Positions 1-10,932 of a DNA stretch of 64,000 nucleotides are shown here, piece after piece. The translations under genes were made by a program, and so were the position numbers. How positions within the stretch are numbered: position 1 is the stretch's first letter; each line of letters opens with the position of its first letter. The stretch comes from Pristiophorus japonicus (taxonomy: Eukaryota), in NCBI RefSeq assembly GCF_044704955.1, contig NC_091999.1, positions 56,606,001 through 56,670,000 on the forward strand, written 5' to 3'. The notes under the pieces are model-generated. The model made no database searches. It was given only the letters and a program-made list of their open reading frames with translations, and was not told the DNA's origin.

Positions 1-129
1 TGAGGTTTCACTCGAATGTGTAACTGAAACCACCCATCCCAACATCTCACTGACTTTGCAAATTGTAACTTGATCCACTTTGACTTCCTGAAACAACAGA
101 GGCAGAGCTCCCAGAAGACAGCGACTGCC

Positions 130-1116
130 AGCCAAAGTACCTTGCTCCAGTCCCAGTGCATCCCTCCCCAGCCGAAGTGCCTTACTCCAGTCCCAGTATA
201 TGCCTCCCCAGCCAAAGTGCCTTAATCCGATCCAGTGCATGCCTCCCCGTGCCAAAGTGCCTTACCACAGACCCAGTGCATGCCTCCCCCAGCAAAAGTG
301 CCTTACCCCAGTCCCAGTATGTGCCTCCCCCAGGCGAAGTGCCTTACCCCAGTATATGCCTCCCCCAGCCAAAGTGCCTTACCCCAGTATATGCCTCCCC
401 CAGCCAAAGTGCCTTACCCCAGCCGCAGTACACGCCTCCCGCAGCCAACGTGCCTTACCCCAGTCCCAGTGTAAGTCTCCTCCAGCCGAAGTGCCTTACC
501 CCAGTCCTAGTGCATGCCTCCCCTAGCCGAAGTGCCTTACCCCACTCCGAGGCCATGCCTCCACCAGCCGAAGTGCCTTACCCCACTCCGAGGGCATGCC
601 TCCACCAGCCGAAGTGACTTATCCCAGTCCAAGTGCAGGCTTCCCCCAGCTGGAGTGCTTTACACCAGTCCCAGTGCATGCCTACCCCAGCCGAAGTGAC
701 TTACCCCAGTCCCAGTATATGCATCCCCCAGCCAAAGTGCCTTACCTCATTCCAAGTGCATGCCCCCATCCCAGCTAAAGTGCCTTACCCCAGTCCCAGT
801 GCATGCCTCCCCCAGCAGAAGTGCCCTACCTCATTCCAAGTGCATGCCCCCACCACAGCTAAAGTGCCTTACCCCAGTCCCAGTGCATGCCTCCCCAGCC
901 CAAGTACCTCACCCCAGTCCCAGTGCATGACTCCCCATCCGAAGTGCCTTAGCCAGTCCAAGTGTATGCCTCCCCCAGCCGAAGTGCCTTACCCTAGTCC
1001 CAGTGTATGCCTCCCCATCCAAAGTGCATTACTGCAGTCCTAGTGCCCGCCTCCCGCAGCCCAAATGCCTTAACCCAGTCCCAGTGCACGCCTCACCCAG
1101 CCCAAGTGCCTTACCC
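130..1116. repeat. 41-bp C-rich minisatellite (~24 degenerate copies), consensus GCCTCCCCCAGCCGAAGTGCCTTACCCCAGTCCCAGTGCAT
   Basis: Directly visible tandem periodicity; explains the P/S/C-rich ORFs between 156 and 1043. Confidence 0.95.
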
Positions 1117-1159
1117 GAGTTTTATTTCTCTGCACCACATGCATGGAATGATTCGGGCC

Positions 1160-1470
1160 CGGATGGGGCGGGGCTTGTCCCCTGTCAGTCACAAAGTGCA
1201 GAATCAATCGATTCCTGCGTTTATAAACCCCAGGCAGGACACGCAGCCCGAGTGCGGGCCCAGGTCCGAGAGACAACACACCGCACCATCTGCTTTACAC
1301 ACACCCGGGTTCGTCCCCAAGAACCGAATCACAGCCCGGTTCCAGGCCCAGTCAGTGAGCTTCCCAGGGGAGCGGGCTCAGTGGCCGCCATCTTGGTCAG
1401 GGCGGGTATGCTGGTGCTTTCGCGGCCCTTTGGGCAGGGATAATGGATGGGCGGGGCTTCAGCGTGTCTG
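1160..1470. promoter_or_regulatory. CpG-rich promoter-like element with YY1 site and two GC boxes
   Basis: GGCCGCCATCTTGG (YY1 consensus) at 1383-1396; GGGGCGGGGC at 1165-1174; GGGCGGGGC at 1449-1457; CpG-dense relative to the rest of the window. Confidence 0.6.
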
Positions 1471-1549
1471 ACAGTCAGATTGGACACATGTTTGTGCCCA
1501 GGTCATTGGCCCCTGACAGGGAGCCTTGTTGTGCTGACTGTTGTCTGGT

Positions 1550-1985
1550 GACCCTGGGCCAGCCCGGCTCACCCTATTGGGCCAGCCCGGACTCGCCCTA
1601 TTGGTTCAGCCCGGCTCACACTATTGGGCCAGCCCTGCTCACCCTATTGGGCCAGCCTGAGCTCACGCTATTGGGCCAGCATGGCTCATCCTATTGGGCC
1701 AGCCCGGGCTCACACTATTGTACAGGCCCGTCTCACCCTATTGGGCCAGCACAGGTTCACCCTACTGGGCCAGCATGGGCTCACCCTATTGGGCCAGCCT
1801 GGGCTCATCCAATAGGGCTAGCACAGGCACACCTTATTGGGCCAGCCTGGGCTCACCCGATTGAGCCAGCCTGGGCTCGCCATATTGAGCCAGCCCGGGC
1901 TCGCCCTATTGGACCAACCCGGCTCACCCTATTGGGCCAACATGGGCTCACCCTATTGGGCCAGCATGGGCTCACCCTATTGGGG
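1550..1985. repeat. ~23-24-bp minisatellite GGGCCAGCC(C/T)GGGCTCACCCTATT (~18 copies), most units carrying ATTGG (reverse CCAAT)
   Basis: Visible tandem repeat; source of the IGPAWAHP/LLGQHGLT ORFs. Confidence 0.93.
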
Positions 1986-2559
1986 GCCATTCTCCGGTGT
2001 TGTGCTATCTTGGGCGTTTGTGTCAGATTTCTAACCCGTGCTGTACCTGCACTGGGAGAGTTTGATGGGACAGTGAAAGGGAGACTTACTCTGCCGTGTA
2101 CTGAACTGTGAAAATCTGTGACGGGACAGAGTCCTGTTTTTTCACAGAACCTGCCATGTGACTGTGACAGACCATAATATTAGAGGAGACTGCATGGTGC
2201 ACCCGGTCGTTGTGCCGTAATTCCGCCTCTGGGACCAGATACAACAAGGCTGCGGTAGAGGTGTCTTTTCTCCGATGGGACACTGGGTGGCGCCATGGGT
2301 CCTTCACTAATGGAAGTTAGGTTCAATCACAACCCAGACAGGACGGGTGAAAGATACCTGTCAGGCAAATAAAATACAGTGTGACAGGGAAAATGGAGCA
2401 GTGTACAGGAGCTTGGAGAAAGGAATACAGCAAAGTCCAAGTTACTTCATTTGTCATTCCAGATTTATCAACAATTTCACAGAAAACAATTTACAGGGAA
2501 GTGTAAAAAAGTGAACACAAAGTGAATATAACTGAGCAATACTTTGAGAACCGAATACA

Positions 2560-2985
2560 GGCGGATTGGGCCTGTACTCTCTGGAGTTTAGAATAATGTG
2601 ACGTGATCTGATTGAAACATAAGATTCTGAGCGCGCTTGACAAGTTAAATGCTGAAGGTTTGTTTTCCCCGGCTGGACACTCTAGAACTAGGGAGCACTC
2701 TCTCAGGATAAAGGATCGGCCATTTAAGACGGAGATGAGGAGGAATTTCTTCACTCAGAGGGTTGTGAATGTTTGGAATTCCCTGCCCCAGATGGCTGTG
2801 GAAGCTGAGTCTCTAAATAAATTCAAAGGCTCAAATAGTTAGATTTTTGGACTCTAGGAGAAGCAACGGATATGCTATCGGGCGGGAAAGTGGAGTTGAG
2901 GTCGATAATGAGCCCAGATCTTATTGAATGGCGGAGCAGACTCGAGGGGCCGTCGGGCCTACTCCTTCTCCTATTTCTCATGTCA
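2560..2985 (+). mobile_element. CR1-type LINE 3' fragment
   Basis: ORF2 C-terminus TREHSLRIKDRPFKTEMRRNFFTQRVVNVWNSLP followed by the CR1 3' UTR. Confidence 0.9.
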
Positions 2986-3335
2986 GAGCTGCCGTTATCT
3001 GTACAGTTGTGACAGACATCAGAGCGAGTGAACAGGGGCTCAGCATAAAGGGAAGGGAACACTTGTGAATAAGAATGAGAAAAGTTATTTATTTACACAT
3101 GAAATGTACAAGGCACGGTGAAACTCTGAGATGCAGTTACATTACAGCCACAATTATCGCACACATTTCAAACAGAAAGATGGAAATCCCAGTTATATAT
3201 TTCTCAGCTACTGATTCAGATCTAGTAAATGAAGGCATTTTACTCTGAGAATCACCAAGAGGACATATTTTATTTTTAGTGACACAGAAATGATAAACAG
3301 ATGAGGAACATCCACGGCGGCCGAAAGTCAGATCA

Positions 3336-3344
3336 TCACTTGAG
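3336..3344 (-). CDS. IGHM: IgM membrane exon TM2 (LK-stop)
   Basis: Minus strand: ccacttttgcAG|CTC AAG TGA, 140 bp downstream of TM1; AATAAA downstream (+ strand tttatt near 3270). Confidence 0.85.
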   Translation of the reverse strand, partial: LK

Positions 3345-3484
3345 CTGCAAAAGTGGGATAAAAGAATGAAGCGGAGGTTCAGTGGTCTGGGGCATTTATC
3401 TCAGGGTTTTTATTAATGAAACATCCAGAGATTTGTCAAACGGCTTCAGTCAGATAGAAGTGTGAGCGGATTGAATCTTCCCAC

Positions 3485-3612
3485 CTTCACCAGAGTGACG
3501 GCAGTGCTGTAGGAAATGCTCAGGAAGAACAGGATGATGAATGTGGAAGCGGTTGTCCAGATGTTGCCGCTCTCGTCCTCATAGTCTTCATTCCAGATGT
3601 GGTCTGAGGAAT
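3485..3612 (-). CDS. IGHM: IgM membrane exon TM1: DSSDHIWNEDYEDESGNIWTTASTFIILFFLSISYSTAVTLVK
   Basis: ccccgtAG acceptor and GTGGGA donor; 128 nt (phase 1 to 0); acidic spacer plus conserved antigen-receptor TM motif (WTTASTF...LS.SYST.VT). Not in the ORF track. Confidence 0.95.
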
Positions 3613-4299
3613 CTACGGGGATGTAGGGAGGAAATATATTCAGATCGTTTATTAATCCCGGGTATCATGCTATTATTTTATATTCTCTTTTTTCCCTTAA
3701 GGTATTAGTTTGTTCTTTAATTGGACTTTCAATGTATATTTTGTGTTAAGTTAATCACTCTCAACAATCTCTCACTGTTCCTCACTCCACTGCCGCTCTT
3801 CCTTTACGATCCCCCTGTCGTCCGTTTTGGAAAATATGATAGTTTTTCTTCCATGTCAGAGGCTAATTGATTTTGCATGACTTTGCAACGATCTATCATT
3901 CGGAAATAATACGATGAAACATCGAGGAAGGTTTACAGCAGGATATCGATTATTCTTCCGCTAGGTTAAGGTAGTAACTTAGTTGGAGGCTGCCAAGGAG
4001 GCTATGTAAGACATCAGTTGTGAGTTATAACCTTGTTTTTTTATTTGTTACGGCATTGCTCTGAACATAAATAACGTGTCAGTTTGCAACAACTACATTG
4101 ATCCAGTGTATGTGTAAGACCAGAATAGTGAATTGTGAGATATTATGGAATCAGGAATTATTTATTCAGGCCAAGCGTTGGATACTTTGTCCGTCAAAAA
4201 ACTGCATCTTAGTTCTACATTCTTCTAAAGCCTGACGTTTTTGTTTGTGCTCTTTAATGTCTATATCACTGTATGACTATCTCTTGTTCTGGATTAGTC

Positions 4300-5500
4300 A
4301 GTGTTTGTGTTTCCCTGTGAGGGTGTTGATCTGTGGGGTTGTGCGTGTGTGTATTTGTAAGATTGTGTATGTGTGTGTAAATCTTTGTTTATGTTTTGTT
4401 TAAGAATGCATGTAAGTGTGTGTTTTTATATTTAATTGCGAGTGTGCGATTTGATGTAGGTGAGTGTGTGTACTTTTATGTGTAAGCATGTTCATATCTA
4501 AGGGTTTGTGTGTGTCTGTGTGTGGGGTGTGTGTGCATGTGTGTTCATGTGTGTGCTTATGTGTATGTGTATCCTTGTGTATATGTATGTTCATGTGTGT
4601 GTTTCCCTATAAGTGTATGTGTATGGTTATTTATAAGTGTTTGTTTTTGTTGAGGTGTAAGTGTGTGTGTGTGAGTTTTCGTGTAACATTGTGTATACCT
4701 GTAAGTTTGTGTGTGTGTGTTTTGTGTCAGTTTGTGTTTGGATTTATATGCGTGTTCATGCTTGTGTAAGTCTGTTCAGTTTTGTGTTTTTCTGTAAGTG
4801 TATGGCTATGTATCAGTGTTGTTCATGTTTAGGTTTAAGCGTGTGTGTGTTTATGTGTAACAATGGGTTTGCAGGTAAATTTGTGTGTGTTTGTGTGTGT
4901 GTGTTTTGTGAAAGTGTGTGTTTTGATTGATTTATGTGTCTAAGTGCAATAGTATGTTTGCATGTAAGTGTGTGTGTTTAGTGTAAATGTGTGTTTGGAT
5001 TGATGCGTTTGTTTACGGGTGTGTGTGTGTGTTTTGTGTAAGTGTGTGTGTGGATTGATGTGTATTTATGTGTGTGTAAGTGTGTTTTGTGTAAGTGTGT
5101 GTGTGGATTGATGTATGCATTTATGTGTGTATAAGTGGTGTTTTGTAAGTGTATGTGTATGGATTGGTGCGTATGTCTATGTGTGTGAAAGTGTGTTTTG
5201 TGTAAGTGTGTGTGTGGATTGATGTATGTGTTTATGTGTGTGTAGGTGTGCTTTGTGTCAGTGTCTGTGTGGATTTATGTGTGTGTCTATGTGTGTGTAA
5301 GTGTGTGTAAGTATCCGTTGTGTAAGTGTGCGTTTAGATTGACGTGTATTATTGCTATTGTTAAAATTTTCATAGAGCATCAAGAACTGGATTTGACAAT
5401 GATGGTTTTCATTATATTCTAGTTATGTATAATATTATGTGTCAGAGTGTTAATGTATGTCTTTATATGTAAGTCTATGTGTGTTTGTGTGTAATTGTGC
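4300..5500. repeat. Degenerate (TG)n low-complexity tract in the CH4-TM1 intron
   Basis: Visible composition; source of the C/V and H/T ORFs. Confidence 0.95.
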
Positions 5501-6254
5501 ACTTACACAAAAACACACACACTTATAAAAAATCATCAACTCACTTACATATGAACACAGACAAACTCACTTTCACAAGTATTCTCCCTGCTCTGTGTAA
5601 ATGTGTCCTGTGTGAGGCGCAATGTGACGTCAGCCGAAGGAATGCAACAATTCAACCGATGGGCCTCAGAAACATCAGGGACACAACTGTGAGAAACCCG
5701 CAGAGGATTAAATCACCAGTTTAGATATGGCCCATTAGAATTCAGCATGTTAGTTTACAATTAACAGGGACTGTTGCACCCCCAACCCTATTTAACATAT
5801 TACGTGGAATAAACAGTTATTTCAGAATATAATACTCATGTGGCAAGTTTAAAATCTTTGAACATGGGTTAGAATGTGACATTGTACTGATAACAACTTA
5901 GTGCATTTAAAAGAGAGTCGTTCACTTCCCATCTCCCTGCAGGAGGGGCAGTGGGGGTTACGTGAATTACACATTTCCCATTCCCCTCTCGCTGGTGGTT
6001 GTGAGAGGTACAGTGAATTAAAATTAGCCTTTACTCTCTCTCTGCTGAAGTTACTTTCAGGAATTCTGTAATGAGAGAACTTCACACAGTCTCCAACCCA
6101 TGGTGCATCTGAGCTGGGAGCGCTGGCTGTACAAGCCTTGGGACCGAGGCGCGCAAACACCCTACTTCAGATAAACAGCCCTCACATTGGCAAAAATAGG
6201 AAACATAGTTAATTGAGCGGCTGTGTGTTTAACTCACGATTGAAAAAAAAACCC

Positions 6255-6260
6255 TTTATT
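6255..6260 (-). terminator. AATAAA poly(A) signal for secretory IgM
   Basis: + strand TTTATT ~40 nt after the secretory stop codon. Confidence 0.75.
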
Positions 6261-6298
6261 GTTTTTAATTTAAGAACGGAAATGCAATCGAGAGATTC

Positions 6299-6690
6299 TC
6301 ATTGACAAGAATTGACGGTGTCCATCAGAACAAGGGAAATGTTGACGAAACTGGGTTTACCGCTGGATTTATTGACGGTTCTGTTGGTGATCTTCAAGGG
6401 GATCGCTTCATGTCCCACCACACAGGAGTAAGAAGCGCCGCTGGCCCACTCCTCGGCTGCAATGGATAGCAGGCTATACATGAAGAAGGATCTGCTGCCG
6501 TTCTCCGCCATCACCTCGGTGTTCTTGTAGTTGCCCGAATCCACCGGCTTGTCATTGACGGTCCATTTGATGAAGATCTCTCGGGGGGAGAAACCTCTCA
6601 CTAAGCAGGTGAGGCTGACCAACCTCTGAGCGGAGACTTCTTCTGCCGAGGGCAGGAGGACAGACACGGCTGGTTCCCGTGGATCTTTCG
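6299..6690 (-). CDS. IGHM: IgM CH4 exon plus secretory tailpiece
   Basis: ttcgacAG acceptor; [17 protein letters not shown]...[11 protein letters not shown]; tail [20 protein letters not shown] with N-glycan site and penultimate Cys typical of shark IgM; internal donor AGCG|GTAAAC at 6361/6360 for splicing to TM1. Confidence 0.97.
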
Positions 6691-7590
6691 CTGTCGAACA
6701 GTTACAATAAAGACCAATGAACTGGACAGTTCCAGAGACAATGGGGGAACTTTAAACGAATACAGCGGGCGGGTTTTGGGCGTGGAGGTATTTAAATTGT
6801 TAAAAATCGTAATCCCGACATCAACTAGCGCACTCCCAGTTGCAATATTATATTTGAGTAATGTATTTAAATTAGGCTGGAATGCTCTTTTTTAACCACC
6901 ATTTGGTGTTTAACTGTCGCTGGTCCGGTTGGACACACTGTGTAAATCCCTGCAGTTACAGCGAGGCGGGGACTTCTGCAACCAGGTGATAATTGCCCTT
7001 ACACATATTCTCTGGATCCAGGGTCCCTATCTAACCCACCCCCCGTGATCCGAGACCTCCTCACTCGGCTTCCAATCCTCCCATTCTCCCGCGTGGCCTG
7101 TGAGACCACCGCCCACAACTCGCCTTCCTCATTAAAATTCAGCCAATTTCAGGTGGTTAGATGTGAAAGAAATGGACACTGCGTTGAAATTTAAAGCTTT
7201 TCCTTTTCCCCTCTGGGGCCCCTCTGGTTTTCCATCCCGCAGCAGAGGGAACACAATCTTTCACTCTGAAATCTTGAAGGATTGGTGTGGAAAATTATAT
7301 ACAATTTACTGCACATAACAAGGAGATTTGGCCAACTGGTCTATGCCGGTGTGTATGTTCCACACAAGCCTCCTCCTAGCTCACTTAATCTAACCCTAAT
7401 AACATACCCTTTCTCACTAATGGACTTATCCAGTTTCCCCTAACATACACAACATCAGGTCCCAGAGTGCTGAGTTCGTGGAATTAGCAAACTGAATGAT
7501 CAGATTAGCTCATTATTCACTTTAAATAATGAATTGGCCCTTGCACATGCAGCAGAAATAGTCACTTATTGCAACAATCTCCCCGCTCAC

Positions 7591-7899
7591 CCTTCTCCTT
7601 GTGGATGGATTCTCTGATCGGAGTCAGCATATCCTGATGGCTCACCACGCAGTAGAATTTATCCCCACTCAGCCAATCTTGTGTCGAGATGTTTAAGTTG
7701 CTGATCACGCTGTTGGGATCCTCTCCCGGTTGGACGGCAATCTCTGATTTCAAAGCCTCCTTTTCTCGGGTCCAGGTCACAGTGAGCCCATAAGGAGCGT
7801 CTGACACGACGCAGGCTAAGGTCACCGTTGCCTCCAGTAAGATTTGTTCCAGTGATGGTGAGCGAAGAGTGATTTTTGAATCGCTGCATGGGACATCCA
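7591..7899 (-). CDS. IGHM: IgM CH3 exon
   Basis: ttttgcAG acceptor and G|GTGAGC donor; 309 nt, phase 1-1; LACVV...W...FYCVVSH Ig C1-set motifs intact. Confidence 0.95.
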
Positions 7900-8599
7900 C
7901 TGCAAAACAGGAATGATAGTCAGGAAAAGCTGCAGCTTCAGAATCAGGATACCAATATTTAGCCTTAACTCTTTAAGGGGAATAAATCACTTTTTAGATA
8001 TCAACCTCTTGCTGTTGCCTCAACACCAGCGTTATTGGAAGACAATGAATTGGCAACGATTCCAGTAGATCTGTAACATTTCCTGTGTATTTTCACCAGA
8101 GCCACCTGTAATGGGCTGTGAAGCAAATACCCGGCGTAAAATGGGAATAGACTGGGGTGCAATTGTGTTAGGCATTGAATAGCGCTCTTCCTGAAATCCC
8201 TTGCTCCTTTACACCCGTCTCTAGATCCTTGCACCCAAATGCATCTCCACTGGTTATAAAAGCTGAAGCCCGAATAGCCCGAAGTTCAAGAGGTCTACAC
8301 CGGCATTATACTGGTTCAAAACCAGTGTTAAATTAATTTCAGGATTTATAGGTCAACAGGAAACAAAGTTAAATTTCTGGTCTCTTGCTGCATTTTTTGT
8401 TGCGGTGAAAATGTGCAGGTACCAGTCACATCCCCCGTCAGAGGAGAAGTGCAATATCGGGAGAATGCAGTTCCAAGGAATCTTTGTGGTCGGGCGTCAT
8501 TTGTAATGATGTGAGGTAGTTTGTCAATTTCTGTAATTACTGAACATTTATCATGTCTGGTGAGAGAGAGTCAGGGTGAAATATGACCTCAGGGCATTA

Positions 8600-9110
8600 A
8601 TAGCAACATAGGAACAGGAGGAGGCCATTCAGCCCATCCATCCTGTCCTGCCATCCAGTTAGATCATCAACACCATCTTCACGCCTTGGTTACGTAACCC
8701 TTGATAATCTTGCCGAACAAAAATCTATCAATCTCAGTTTTCAACTTTTCAATTGAAAGCAAGCGTCAGCAGCTTTTGGGGAGGGAAATCCCGACTTGCA
8801 CTATTTATCCTGTGAGCAAATCCTTTCTGACATCATCTCTGCACGGCCTAGCTCTAATTTTAAGGTTCTGCTACTTGTTCTCGATTCTTTCATCAAACTA
8901 AATAATTTTTTCTATATCTACTCGATCAATTCCATTTATCAACTTAAACAAGTCAATTGGATCATCTCTTAACGTTCTATATTCGTCTCCTGATCATTTT
9001 ATATTATTAGTCCCGGTATAATTCAGGTAAACATGCACTTTACCGCCTCCACGACTAGTATATCCTTCCTGAGGTGCGCAACCCAGAATTGGGCTCAGTG
9101 CTCTGAATAG
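8600..9110 (-). mobile_element. CR1-type LINE 3' fragment (antisense) in the CH2-CH3 intron
   Basis: Begins with the reverse complement of the CR1 3' end (aacataggaacaggaggaggccattcagcc) and continues into decayed RT C-terminus. Confidence 0.75.
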
Positions 9111-9304
9111 GGTAAATGCCCATTCTAGCAGTGGGTTCCTGGACAGTTAGCAGTAAAGGGTTCCAGACTCCTACTGCCACTCCGTATATGATCAGCCAAC
9201 TCAGGATATACCTGAGACGAAGGACACTTCACTCACTGCCTGAAGTTAGAGCAGGGTGAATTCTTCTTTGGCGAGGTTAATATATCCTGAACAATGAGGA
9301 ATCC

Positions 9305-9725
9305 TGAACCAGAAGATCGTGGGTTGAAGTCCCACTCCAGATACTTGATCACAAAATGTAAGCTGAGTCTCCCAGTGCAGTACTGGGGACGTGCTGCACT
9401 ATCGGAGGTTCCTGCTTTCGGATCAGGTGTTAAGCCGAGGATTCGTCTGGCGTCTCAGGTGGACATAAACGTTCCCTGGAAATATTTCAATGAAAAGCAG
9501 AGGAATTCTCCCTGGTGGCCTGGAAATATTTATCCCTCAAGAAATATTACTAAACAAATAAAATGGTCATTATCACACTGCTGTTTGTGGAGCATGCTGT
9601 GCACTAAATGACTGCCGTACTTTGTACATTACAACTGTGACAACATTTCACAACTTAATTCATTGGCTGGCAAGCGGTTTGGTTCAGTCTGAGGTCGCTG
9701 AAGGCGCTGTATAAAGGCAAGTTTG
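9305..9725 (+). mobile_element. DeuSINE (SacSINE1/AmnSINE1-like) copy
   Basis: tRNA-like head (gggttgaagtccc), Deu-type core (cagtactggggacgtgctgcactatcggagg...) and AmnSINE1-type tail (cattacaactgtgac...cattggctg...ggcgctgtataaaggcaag). Confidence 0.75.
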
Positions 9726-9857
9726 TATCGCAAGAATAGACAAATTGCATGATTGGAAATTAGGAATAGTTCTGTGCTTTTTACTAATTCCAATAAAAGT
9801 CCTGACTGAGATCAGCGCTCAGAATGGTCTGGAACCTCCCGGGATTGTGCCTCTTAC

Positions 9858-10176
9858 CCTGAGATCTGCTGAAGTTATGGTTTTGCGTGACCCCTTGATG
9901 AGTGACCTGGCAGGTGTAGACTGGAGCCGGTGAACCATTCCTCGGCGGGGACTGTCAGCCGACTGGCCGTCGAGAAGTTCCCGTTCACCTCAAAGACGGG
10001 AGAGGTGACGAAGCCCGAATCCATGAGTTGTTCACTCTTCAGCCAATTCACAGTCAGTGACTTTGGCCTGAAATCGATGATTGAACACACGGCGCTTGCA
10101 TATCTGCTGCTGGTGATTTGTTCAGTGGAACTCAGTGTGAGGAGAACAGTTGGAGGAACGATGTCCCGTTCAGGAT
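9858..10176 (-). pseudogene. IGHM: IgM CH2 exon with +1 frameshift
   Basis: cttgaAG acceptor and G|GTAAG donor, but length is 319 nt (3n+1). Removing one base at 9922-9924 restores ...[28 protein letters not shown]; as written the frame reads [17 protein letters not shown]. Confidence 0.9.
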
Positions 10177-10299
10177 CTTCAAGAGAAGACATATTACTGA
10201 CATTGCTTGCAAAATAAATGATTAAGAAATGCAAAGTGTCCTTATATTTTAACGGGTTCTTTGCTGTCAGACTTACACAAACCTGGCAGTTACAGAGGG

Positions 10300-10560
10300 C
10301 AGGACTGTGCACAGAATTCTCAGTGTAATATGCAGCCCGGAACTGTGCACAATATTCTAAGTGCGATATGGGGACCAGAACCATGCACAGTACTCTAAGT
10401 GTGATATGGAGACCAGAATTATGCATAATATTCTAAGGATGAGATGGAAACCAGAACTTTAAACAATATTCTAAATGTGATAAGGAGACTAGAACTGTGC
10501 ACAGTATTATAAGTATGATACAGAGAGCAGAATTGTACACAGTACTCTAAGTGTTGTCTA
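10300..10560. repeat. 38-bp minisatellite (~6-7 copies) derived from an antisense CR1 RT fragment
   Basis: Unit CCAGAACTGTGCACAGTACTCTAAGTGTGATATGGAGA is the reverse complement of the CR1 HLEYCVQFW coding sequence. Confidence 0.75.
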
Positions 10561-10632
10561 ATCAAGTTCCGATACAAGTTAAACATAATTTCTCATCTTA
10601 TCACAGTTTGCCCTGTATCCCACACCACTAAC

Positions 10633-10932
10633 CTGGCATTGTGATGGCCCAGACCGACACACCACTTCGAACCTCGCAGTTAATTGTGCTGCTCCCCACC
10701 TCTGACTTGGTGATGGTTAACTGGCTGCTCTGGGTGTAGGTTCCCTTCTTGTTGAGCACTGGCGGGTAGGTCTTCAATCCAGTGGTGATCGGCTCTTTAT
10801 CTTTCTTCCAGAAAAGGCTGGTGATGTCGGGGGAGTAGTCCATTGCCAAACAGCCGTACGTGATGAAGCCATCGGTGCTGGGTTGTTCACAGGAGGAGAG
10901 CAGGGCGTAGTGGGTGGAGGGAAACGGTGTTA
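10633..10932 (-). CDS. IGHM: IgM CH1 exon
   Basis: tctttcccAG acceptor and G|GTTAGT donor; 300 nt, phase 1-1; SSC (light-chain-linking Cys), [29 protein letters not shown] and second Cys present. Confidence 0.95.

Noticed and set aside
130-1116. G-rich repeat as an Ig switch region, or regular repeats as a CRISPR array
   Set aside because: Lies 3' of the C exons and is not AGCT-dense; there are no unique spacers and the context is eukaryotic
156-2111. Long Pro/Ser/Cys-rich and IGPAWAHP ORFs
   Set aside because: Translations of the 41-bp and 23/24-bp minisatellites; open in several frames
6299-10932. IgW or IgNAR identity for the C exons
   Set aside because: Four CH exons, the CH1 [10 protein letters not shown] motif and the [20 protein letters not shown] tail fit shark IgM
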